This document shows positions 11,170 to 22,300 of a stretch of 34,998 nt of DNA, piece after piece. Both the position numbers and the translations under genes were made by a program. The notes under the pieces were generated by a model. It made no database searches. It was not told the DNA's origin and saw nothing but the letters and a program-made list of their open reading frames with translations. Position 1 is the first letter of the stretch; the number at the start of each line of letters is the position of its first letter. Source of the DNA: Seison nebaliae (taxonomy: Eukaryota); assembly GCA_023231475.1 (NCBI GenBank), contig JALJEE010001772.1:1-34998 (forward strand), in the 5' to 3' direction.

Positions 11170-14100
11170 TTATTTCTTATTTTTATTCATCGACGGCAAT
11201 TGTAAGTCATCCAGGAATTTTAGAGCACTCGACTCATTCGCTACTTGAGATCGTGGATTGATTGTCGATTGTTTATTCGGCTTCATTTTCTTATTCGTCC
11301 GTTGTTCGTCCTTTCCATTATACTTCGACGGTCTTATGTCATTCGTAACTTTCAATTTAAGATACGATCGATTAATCGGTTGTGGTGATTCTTGTTGTTG
11401 TTGTTTCTCATGAAAAAAGGCTTTCTTATTACTAAACGCTAATCGGTTTTTCGCTTCCTTATCACTGATGGAATTCATTGAAGTATGTGTTTTGTCTATA
11501 TGTTGATATGTCGATGATGTCATCGGAACTCTATCTGAAATGTTCATGGCTGATTTGAATTGAACATAATCATTTAACACAATCGTATGAGATCTATTCT
11601 CCGTTTTGGGTGTTTCATTTATTTGAACATTCTTTTTCGTCATTGGGAGGGATGTTCTATCTGCATCAGATCGTCTGTTATCCGCCAGTTTCATTGAAGA
11701 ATTTGGTGGAAATAATTTCTCCCATTTCTCATTATCCATTTCTTCATTTTTATCATCCTTCACTTTGTTTAATTTGAATGAATAATCTGCCAATTTCATT
11801 AAATGTTCAATTTGTTTATTCTGTTTTTCTTTCGTCACTTTAGTTGTCACTATACCTTTCACCACACATTCACCATCACTTGTATCGATGAGAGTGGGCC
11901 ATTGGAAATCGACGATGTCATTCGCTTCCAAATCAGACGTGTGAAAGCGAACATGTTCTGTTTGGTCGAAAATCTTCGTCGAGTACTCAATGCACAGGGG
12001 AGGATGTTGGTTGATTAAACTCCATGAAATTCGAATACAATGTTTGATGTACGAATGTAATTCTTTACATTCATTCAACATTCGATATTGGGGCAATGCT
12101 GTTTGTATACTTTGCATAACACGCTAGATAGAAATGAGAGAAACATATATTATATTATTAAATTAAATATTAAGTGAAATAAATAAATATTCTGAAGAAT
12201 GTGATTATGAGACAAATATCGATTAGAGGAAAAACGAATAATCTCAATTAATTGAAATTCTGGAAAAATTTAATTTAGAGTTCAACTAACAAAAGTGAGA
12301 GATTTTAAGTCGAATGATTGCGTCGTCGCTTTTAAGTACTTTCTCAATGAATCGACAATGTTAATCGTAGAATTTTCGCAAGAAATATCCAATTTCTCAA
12401 AATTGAGAATTGTAGCAATTTCACTATAAATCTTCTTCTTTCTTTCTTCAGCAAATCGAAAAGACAACTTAACAAATGAACATAAATTTGAACGAATTAG
12501 AAGAAAGAATAAAGGAATACTATGAAGATGGTGAATAATAATTTCAATTTAAATTCATTTAAATCATTGAATTGAGACAATTCGTCCAATGCATCGATCG
12601 CGTCAATACGTTGTTGTTCGTATAAACTTTTAAATGATTGAACAACACTATTGCATCGCAAATTAGGTGCAAGACTAATATCTTCAAATTTTGTTGATCG
12701 TTCAATTTCAGATTGGATATTATTGATTAATCTTCAAGCAAATTTAGTTTTTCATAATTTCCGGAATACTGAAATTTTAAACCTTTCCTTTAGTTTCTTT
12801 TCAGAATTGTAGAGTTTCTTAATAATTTCGTCCTTATCTTCAATAGTTTGTTGCAATTCTTCTATTTTTCTTTCCAGTGCTATAATTTTATCATTCTTCA
12901 TTCGCCCCTCAACGTTTTGTTGAACGTGTTCAATGGAATTGGTGACACCTTTTGGCAATGAAATGAGATGTTTATTTTCTTTATTATCATCTTGTTGGAC
13001 GATTCCCGGATAGATTGGAGTATTGTAATCACTATTTAACATTTCATACATTTTCATCTCATTCGGAATATCGATTGTGTTTTCATCTGAAAAAGAAGTG
13101 AAATTACGCAATGAACAATAATAAGAACATGAGAAACGTTTCATATTTTCAAAGAAAAAATGGAATGATAATTTATCGGTTTAAGTTATTTCCAATTTCT
13201 CCCGTAAAACTTCAAAACTTCATGAACTATGGTTATTGAGAATACACTTATGAAGTTGTTAATGGCTGTCGCTTTTATTTCCTCTCAACGTTAATAACAC
13301 AAATTTAAAATGAGAAAATTTCTATTTTGTCCTCCTGAATTCACATGCGGGACAATGATTGAGAGGAGAACGTATTAATTGAAATGCTTCAGTAGAATAA
13401 GAGAATTTTCTCATTTCCTCCTGGTCCTCATTTACATAATAGTTGCATGAAATCTCTTTCGGTCTATTGGAATTGTTGGTTGATAAAGAATTGGAACATA
13501 AAACACTTCTGAAATTCTTCTCATGAAATCTATTCGAATTCTCATTTAATTAAAACAAAACTTAACGTAGCTCATAATCAGAATAATAATAAGAACGATA
13601 GTTCTACCTGATTCTATGTCATTGATGATTGATAATGAAGAGGAGGAGGATGCTCTCGACGTTGATGATGATGGAGGTGAGTATATACCGTTATTCATAT
13701 AAATAGTTGGCACTCTTTTCTGTTGATATGACGGAGAGTTCGTTCCGTTAACAACATTGGGAACAGCCGTTCCTAATACTGAATTAGCCATGAAAGAATT
13801 CATTAAATTATTTTGTGGAAGTATTTCGTCATTTTTATTCGATGACAATACAGTGTTCGTTGAAGATATGGAGGATGTTGACATGTCTCCAGTATCGAAC
13901 GTCAGATAAGAATTAGCTGACAATGACCTTTGTCTTCTTCGGAGTTGAAAATTGTTAGTATTTAATTCTCGATGTCCCAATCTCTTCCCGTCAACCATTC
14001 GACGAGAATGAGGAACTTTCTTCAAATTGAAAATTCTATTAATTCTTCCCTGTTCTTGAAGTTGTTCGTTTCGATTGAATTGGCGATTCGTATGAATTTT

Positions 14101-14517
14101 ACGAAGACTATTTCCGTTAGTTTTTCGTTTCCGAGTTTTCTGTTTCTGCGAATGTTCCGAACTCACATAATTGTTCTTATTAATGTGATGCATATGGCAA
14201 TTTCGATTATCGTTATTATAATTAAGATGATTACCACGATGATGAGGAACATTGGAATTCAGGTGGTTAGTGGATGAACTAATTTTTAAATTGGTGATTG
14301 GAATAGTTGGGACGATAATAGTTTTCCATAAATTTTGGTATTCGTTCGATGAGGAATTAGTTGTTAAACCGTTAAGAGCCGCCATATCCGGATAGAAGAA
14401 ATTTGGATTAAATTGAACGAACTGTGTCCGATGATCGATCGATTCGATTGAATGGGAACGATTCATCTTTTTCGTTTCATAATTATTATTATGAGAATTA
14501 ATTAATCTGTTTATCAT
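11170..14517 (-). CDS. SPATA18: Mieap/SPATA18 (mitochondria-eating protein) domain protein. Exons 14517-13608, 13086-12783, 12731-12521, 12467-12291, 12123-11170 (851 aa)
   Basis: All four GT-AG introns preserve frame. Segments SLYEQQRIDAIDALD...KLKLLFTIFILSFR and YIKHCIRISWSLINQHPPLCIEY...HVRFHTSD...WPTL...GECVVKGIVTT resemble the Mieap C-terminal domain, and a coiled coil precedes them. The symbol indicates family, not proven orthology. Confidence 0.78.
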
Positions 14518-14870
14518 TTTCTTGAAAAAAAAAGAACACTTTCTTTTCAACCTTCCTTCTTTTCCTTCCTTCGTTCGAGATTTCGAGAATACTAATAAGA
14601 AAAATTTTTGGTTTTTCTTTATTTAGAAATGAAGAATTGTGGTGTCGTTACGTATACCAAGAATACTTCTATTTCTATCGGATGAAATATAAAAAATACA
14701 TATTCAAATTTCACACCAACATGACGTTAGTATCATGACATCGAAAACATGTGTCAACATAACTATCATTAAATTATGCGAAACGAGACGAACACAATCA
14801 GTTCACATCAAAAGAGAGCGTTTCGAATAAGAAAACAAATTCCAACTATTGAGAGAGTCTAAAAAGAAAT

Positions 14871-17195
14871 TTAAGAACCTGATTTCGTTATCAATTCATC
14901 AGCATTCGAAAAGAAATTTCTTTGTGTCTTCTTTCGATGACGTTTGAGTTCCCTAGCTACCGATCGAACTTCGTCCAATAAATAATTATCGGGAAGAACG
15001 GATGACAAGTTGTACTGTAATAACTCCTGTTCATTCCGTTGCTCATTCTCTTCATCTATCTGATATCCTTCTAATGGAATAATTAGATCGATGATGAATT
15101 GTAATGCCAATTGATAGCAACGAAAAATTGATAATAAATTCAAATTCGTTTTACTGAATTCGTCATTCTTTTCTGTTGGTAATAAGAGATCCATAAACAA
15201 ATTATCTTCTTGAACATTCTCTTCTATATTAATTTGTGAGTTAATTGTACGTCTTCGTCGTGATTGAATTGACTGATTAATATTGAAGGGAAGTATTGAA
15301 ACGATTGAATAATCACCTTTCTTCTCATAACTTTTTTGACGGTAAATTTCATTAATATTATTCAAATAATCATACAAAATCAATTTTTCATCACTCTCAT
15401 CATCGGAACGATTTATAAAATTAAAGATTTTTATACAACTCTCATCATTGGTTAATTGAAATTGGAAGAAGTTCAAATATACCTCAAAATTTTCACGTCG
15501 CTTCCAATAACTGATCTCGGTTTTCTTCATAAATTCACTTAAACTTTTCTGAAAATAAAAACGGATTTGCATTTCGTTAAAATTAAATTTTTCATTACCA
15601 ATGTTCTTCGAATCGTCCGAACAATTCAGTTTCGTCGAAACATCTTTCTGTTGAGTTTTCTGATCTCGAATGGAATGATAATCTTTAATAATTTCCCGCA
15701 TCGATTTAAGTTCATTGTTTTTCGTATATCCTTTCTCCTTATCAAAAATGGATAAATTGTTTATGACTTTACAGAAATCCAATTGTGATTGTATTTCATT
15801 ACATAACTGCTTCTCTGATTGAATTGATGAACGAAGATTTTTTAATAATTTTGAAAGAACTTCTCTAGAATTCTTCAAAGAAGGAATTAAAAATAAATTG
15901 TAATTCAATTCATCATTGCATTGCATCTGTTCAATTTCATTGAGGCGACTTGATTCTTGTACGAAAGAGAATTGTTCATTCGAATGATAGAGCGACATTC
16001 GTCGATCGTTATCACTTAAGGCCTTCCTCGAATTGGACCGTAATCGAAGATGGAAAGAATTCTTTCTCGGAGCTTTCTTCCGATTCAGAGAAATAGCTGC
16101 TCTCAATTGTTCATAATATTTCGATTTTTCTTCATCTTTCTTCCGATCTAATTCTTTATTCTGTTCATGAGATAATTGTTGTAATTGATAGAATTGATGA
16201 CAAATAATACGAATAAGATTATGTATCGATAAACATTCACTTATGCATGTCGGATCAATGAGGCTGATGATAGTGAAGATGGTGGAGAATGAAGATAAAT
16301 TCTCAAAAATGAATTTCTCTTCAATTGACGATAATTCTTTAAACTTTTCTAAATATTTCGTTGAGGACAATTCATCGATTTGTTTTTGGTAAAAGAGATC
16401 AATATTTATTTTTAATTTTTTGGAGGTGGAACGACAATATTGTTTATCCAAATACTTATAATGATAATATAAGTGATAACGATGAGCAACGGCAACTAAG
16501 ACGTATGCATTGGAAGCAAGATATCGAAGAACATAATCAACGATTCGTGATGGTTTCAAATAGTCTTTGAGTGCTTGAATGTTTATCAAATAATTGGACA
16601 TCATCAACTCATCATTCTCCAAATGATCAATCTGATCGGACATCTTATCGAAACATGGTGGAATAAAAAGTTTCGTATAAAATATTTCCAATATTTGAAC
16701 GGTGTAAGGAAGATGACGGAGAATTTGTTCGACCGGTAGAATTTCAATGAGAACATCATACAATTCTTTGGTCGTTAATTGTATGAGTATCGGTAACACT
16801 TTGCCATAATCGCAGATTTCTAGATGTGTAGACAAATCATTCATCGGAGAAGTAATTGACTTCTTCAAATTAGCTACTCCACAATATGTGTTGTAGGAAC
16901 GGAAACAACGTCGATTCCAAGTGAATGATGGCGAATGAGGGAAATACGTCGAGTATGACGTATGTAGACGTTGATCAGTTGCTGACGATTGTGTACCGTT
17001 CAAATGATTATTAATGAAGCTCAGATGCTTTCTTCGTACACTCCGGTGACGGGTCGATTTGCTGCTATGTCGATATTGCTCATTAAAGCGTCGTAACAAC
17101 TGATGAAAATTCTTCTTTTCTTCCGTTTCACCATATTCGGGAGAATATGTAAACTGCTTGCAATTAGTATTATCAAGATTCTCCGAATCTACCAT
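14871..17195 (-). CDS. 774-aa uninterrupted ORF of unknown function, possibly an alternative first coding exon of the Mieap-domain gene
   Basis: A 2.3-kb stop-free frame in very AT-rich DNA with a helical-looking core (LPVEQILRHLPYTVQILEIFYTKLF). A TCAG|GTT donor-like site lies just before the stop. Confidence 0.8.
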   Translation of the reverse strand: MVDSENLDNTNCKQFTYSPEYGETEEKKNFHQLLRRFNEQYRHSSKSTRHRSVRRKHLSFINNHLNGTQSSATDQRLHTSYSTYFPHSPSFTWNRRCFRSYNTYCGVANLKKSITSPMNDLSTHLEICDYGKVLPILIQLTTKELYDVLIEILPVEQILRHLPYTVQILEIFYTKLFIPPCFDKMSDQIDHLENDELMMSNYLINIQALKDYLKPSRIVDYVLRYLASNAYVLVAVAHRYHLYYHYKYLDKQYCRSTSKKLKINIDLFYQKQIDELSSTKYLEKFKELSSIEEKFIFENLSSFSTIFTIISLIDPTCISECLSIHNLIRIICHQFYQLQQLSHEQNKELDRKKDEEKSKYYEQLRAAISLNRKKAPRKNSFHLRLRSNSRKALSDNDRRMSLYHSNEQFSFVQESSRLNEIEQMQCNDELNYNLFLIPSLKNSREVLSKLLKNLRSSIQSEKQLCNEIQSQLDFCKVINNLSIFDKEKGYTKNNELKSMREIIKDYHSIRDQKTQQKDVSTKLNCSDDSKNIGNEKFNFNEMQIRFYFQKSLSEFMKKTEISYWKRRENFEVYLNFFQFQLTNDESCIKIFNFINRSDDESDEKLILYDYLNNINEIYRQKSYEKKGDYSIVSILPFNINQSIQSRRRRTINSQINIEENVQEDNLFMDLLLPTEKNDEFSKTNLNLLSIFRCYQLALQFIIDLIIPLEGYQIDEENEQRNEQELLQYNLSSVLPDNYLLDEVRSVARELKRHRKKTQRNFFSNADELITKSGS

Positions 17196-18997
17196 TTACT
17201 CTATCTATCGTTTCGTTTGGTTATGAAATTGAAAACTAATAAATTTGGATTATCATAAATATTTCATAAGAAATGAGAGGAGGATAACAACTATAAATTG
17301 TTTCAACAAAATCTTCTTTGGTTCTTCTTGTTCTGCTAATTAGATAGGATGAGTTAAATTTCGGTAAGTTCAAAGAAAGAATCCTATTCGTTTGAGAATA
17401 ATTAATAGAAGGAAAATCGTTTCGGTTCCATATTTATGTTTAATATGCACTCTGTCAGATAATCATCATAGTATGGCTGATCGTCGACTTGACCTTCTGT
17501 ACGCTGAAGGAGAACCGAATTGAATCGTCTTTTGTTGTTCTACGAATGTTTGGCGATAATTGGTCGAATCTTATTCTACATGTTTTCCATTAACTTTTCC
17601 TTTATATTCAAATGGATGAACTTAATGCATCTCCCTAAATTATTAATTGATGTCTGAAACAATATAAAATTATTTATTTATTTCTCTTCTTATCCACCAG
17701 TCAACCATTGATGATACTCCTAAACAAACTCTTTGTTCAAGTTTCTCATTTTCCTTGTTAGTTTATCTCCATTTTTTCATTATTTTACTTTTTCTAACCA
17801 AAATTTCATTAATCCAAATATTATTATATCTCTTTTAGTTAAGAGGATATCATTTTTTACTACACTGAATTAGTCGATAACTTATTTTTCTGAGTAAAAC
17901 TTAACAAACGCCTTACTGTTAGCTAACAATAATTTAAATGACTTATATATAAAAAACTATTATACATATATCATAACAATGAGAATGGATATTTCTTTGA
18001 GTATACATTAGTAAATTGCTGGAAGACTCACCTGATTCCAGATTTTTATCTTCATGTACGTGTTAGAGAATTTCAAAATCGAAATTTACTTTTATTTTTT
18101 CTTCCAAACCATCATAAATTTGTTTCGAATAAATGCTAAATTGACTTCAGATCCGTATTAGGTATTAAATATTTATGTTCTTGTTACAAAACAAGATACA
18201 TGATAAAACAAACATAAACTGTCATAACATAATTCGTTTATTCATGTTAACTCTGGACTAAGCTTCTTTTATATGATATTTGAACGTCATTAAGCTGACG
18301 TTTTAGGCATAAATTCCATGGCATATCATAGGTACGTATCTCATTTAAATATATAAATATAAATAAAGAAAATAGATCTCAAAATTTTCTGGGGACAAGT
18401 TGAGAATTCCGTTAACAAGCAACATACATTCATCATCTCAAAACTACTCGTTAGGTCAATATAAACTCCATCTTCATAAACTCCGCAAATGATAAAAAAT
18501 TAATGACTTATACTTCCATCTACTTACCCTAAAACTTAACTTTATATCTTTTTAATTGCGGTAATAACTATTGTATCTAATCGGTAACAACAATAGGTAA
18601 CTAAACTAACAACTAACAACTAACAAATACTGTAAGAAAATATTTCTTGTAATTTATTTATGAGAATATTGAATTAATGATAACAATCATGAATTAAAAT
18701 TTTTCATTACCTGTCCTAAGAAGAAATGATAAAACTTTATTCCAAATGTTTAGTTTTCTATTCTTGGGGGTAATAGAGTAAAATTTAAGAAACCATTAAA
18801 ATCAAGCTAATAAAAATTTAACAAATATAAATTTAATGTTCTTCAATTTGTTTATCTTTTTATTATCAAAAATATTACTAATATGACTTATTATTATCAA
18901 TAATTAGAGGTCCTTAATTTTTTTGATCAATGTTAAATAAAATTTTTTTTAAATTTTAGTTGAAATTCCCGTCGGGATAAACTGAAATTTTTTGATC

Positions 18998-19103
18998 GAT
19001 CTCCTGTACGGTCAATGGCAGGAGATCTGTACGTTGTGTGAGACGTGTGTCCCATCGTTGTGGCGTTGGGAACGTGCATAGACCACTGCGCTACGTACGC
19101 CCC
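18998..19103 (-). ncRNA. Putative tRNA-derived SINE head or small structured Pol III RNA
   Basis: A GC-rich island. The minus strand starts GGGGCGTACGTAGCGCAGTGG, containing the A-box-like TAGCGCAGTGG. A 9-bp stem gatctcctg/caggagatc and further short stems are present. No clear B box or cloverleaf. Confidence 0.35.
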
Positions 19104-19357
19104 AAAATAATAAAATATTTGTTCAAAATAATAAATACATTTAACAAATAAGTAAGTACTGTTAGGTATAAGTTTTTCTAATTGTTATAAAAGGCATCGA
19201 TTCCGTTACTAACCGATTTCTTAATTGAAATTGAAAATTAATAGAATTATTTTTTTGAAATTGTTGATGAATATATCTGTTTTCATTTGAAAATATCTGA
19301 GACGAGAAGAGAAAAACCTTATTATAATACTAAAAGTCCTTTCGCGCAAAATTAAAA

Positions 19358-22300
19358 ATGGAAATTTCTTTTAGAAATCAATTACTTGAACCAAAATTTG
19401 TTAATGAATATTGCACGATTAGCAAACGTAAGGATGATCGAAAAGATTATCGGTTAGTTTAAAGATTAAGAGAATAATTTGATTAAATCTGAAAAAGAAT
19501 GATTCAATTGGCAAATGGAATAAAAATATTATTAATCAGTGATTATGCAAAAGAGAATGAACCAACTTACGATTTTGCTCGTCGATCAACCGGGACGCCT
19601 GAAACCGACTTGAGGAAAGCTTCGGAAGTTTCACTATCTAATTCTCATCAAAGCTCGTTGGTTCTCATAATGTGAATATCAATCTTAAATTTTCCATTTT
19701 ATCACTTTTAGATATTACTCGTATAACTCAAGTAAAACGAATATTGAAAAAACAAACAAAACCAAATCAGAAAAAACGAAACTTAGAAGTGAACTAAAAC
19801 AGTCGCTTGCTGCGGAGAATATCGTAGAGAGTAGTTCAGATGAATCAACACCATCATCAGAGATGTCGAGTGGGTCAAGCGATTCATCAATGGATTGGCT
19901 AGTTAGTGCAATAATGTTTACTAATTTCATATTATCTCTATCCTTCTCAATTTCTATTCCATTAGTCAGCAGCAGCACTTTGTATTAATGTTGGCAGTTT
20001 TAACGATCCTCCACATTCCCCTGGTATGGCCCATTTTACAGAACACAGTTAATTTTCTATTATTCACAATTCTATCACTATAAACCTTCCTAGTGTTGTT
20101 CATGGGAAGTCAAAAATATCCTAAAGAGAATGCACTTGATCTTTTTCTCCATTATTACAGCGGATTGTCGAACGCATATACTGAAAGCGAATTTGTATAC
20201 ATTATTCTCTTTTAAAATATTTACAACTTTGCTTGCTTAGACTTCGTTCTATTTCGAAATAAGTAATCACAAATTCATCAATGCACTAGATATGTTTTGT
20301 CACATGTTCGTCAATCCGCTATTTCGGTTAAGTGCTATTGACCGAGAACTGGAGGCATTAAATAGCGGTAAGTTTTTTAAAATAAAAACAATGATTGTAA
20401 ATTTGTTTCAACAGAATTTGAAAAAGCACGAGAAGTTGACGAAAATCGAAGAGAACAAATATTAGCTCATTTTGCTAATTCTAAACATCCACAAAGTCAA
20501 TTCTCTTGGGGTTCCTTTAAATTTGAATTGAAAAAAAACTAAGATAACAATTTTAGGGAATCGAGCTTCCCTTCTGTCTGGCAATTCGACCGTACAAAAT
20601 TTGAGAACGAGATTGAAAAGATGGTTCAAAGAACATTATTCCTCACATCGTATGACATTATGTATTTATTCGTATGGTTACTTTTTTTAGACTTAATGAT
20701 GTGCAAAGTAATAAAAAACTAGAAACTTTGGACGAGATGCAAGAATATATTTCTAAAATTTTCATAAAGATTCCTAGAAAGTTTATTTGATTTTAATACG
20801 GAAATATCTTAAATTTATTTTGTTTAAAAAGGGAAAATGAAATATTGGATGTAAAGGCATTACCGAGACCATTTGCTAATAACAATTTTACAAAAATATT
20901 TCATGGTATATTTTCATTTAATCATATAATATATAAATCGATATATTTCATTATTAGTCGTTCCTGTTAATGATGTAACTGAATTAGTTATCACTTGGGC
21001 ATTACCCCCGCTTCATGTTTTTTGGAGGTTTGATTTCAATTTCCATCATCATGATATTTTACGTGGAAATGTTTGACAGAATCAAGCCTTTGGAATTTCT
21101 CGCTTCCATTATTGGCAATGAAGGATATAACGGTCTGTTCCATTATCTTGCTAAAAAGTTCGATTAATCAATTAATTTTAGTATAATTCTCAAATTAATT
21201 AGATATTGGATAACGGACTTAAATTGTGGACGGGAGAATGTGGGTTTTGACAACAACAGTTCAGTGACATTATTTCGAATTACGATGATGTTGACTGAGA
21301 AAGGCGTCGCTAAAGTCTACAATGTTAAGAGATTGATATAAGATAGTATATTCTGATATTTCTCTAGATTCTTTCAATAGTCTTCCAATATTTGGAATTA
21401 TTACGAATATATGGACCACTGAAAAGACAATATGATGATTTACAATCCATTCAATCTTATCTACATGAATATCGAGCACAAACTTACTCATTAGATTTAG
21501 TCGATCAATTATCGAAATCGATGCATTTGTATCCAGTTTCCAATATAATTGATGGTGAGCCATTGATGTTCACATTCCATGCAGATGTTATTAGAGATAT
21601 TTTAAATGCTCTCACTCCATTTAACTGTAACATTATGGTGTCATCCCAATTCTTCGAAACTTTATGTCACATGAAAGAATCACGATTCCGCACATTCTTT
21701 AACAAAGGTGAAATACCACTTCATTGGTTGGATTCATGGAAAGGTTCTTTTGCCAAATCTTCTCTACTTCTAAATCGATTAAAAATATGATAATCTTTCA
21801 ATGAAATCTAGTTTTAAAGATAAACCCTGATCTTAAATTGCCGGGAAAGAATCGATATATTTGTGAAGACTTTAATTCTGTCGAACCAGAATTCGAATTT
21901 CAAACGGTTTCCTTAAAATTTCTGTTAATTTTCTATTTCTGTCATCAGAATAGTCCAGTTGTTATAAAGTACGATGACAAATCGACTTTATGGTATTACA
22001 ATAATAATGAATATGAAAATCCTAAAGTTGTTTATTATCTTCAGATACAGAGTCCATTACCATCCGAGAGTGCACTCAAGTTCAATTCTCTTTTTCTTCC
22101 TAATCATCTCTAAATACATTTCTCTTAAATAATTGAACAGTGCCACTATGTGTGACTTGTATACGATTGCATTGCAAGAAGCATTACGTTGCGATCTATA
22201 TTTAGCGTCTGTCGCTGGTCTTTATTTTGAGATTTACGGATTAGAAACTGGTCTCGTCTATCATTTCTATGGTTTTTCTGATAAATTGCCAGTTTATTCT

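Noticed and set aside
18600..18627. (CTAACAA)3 short tandem repeat, resembling branch-point or telomere-like motifs
   Set aside because: Only three copies in intergenic DNA, with no supporting context.
18998..19103. Functional tRNA, or U1/U2/SL snRNA
   Set aside because: No cloverleaf or GTTCRA T-loop, and no ACTTACCTG, GTAGTA branch-pairing or leader-donor signature.
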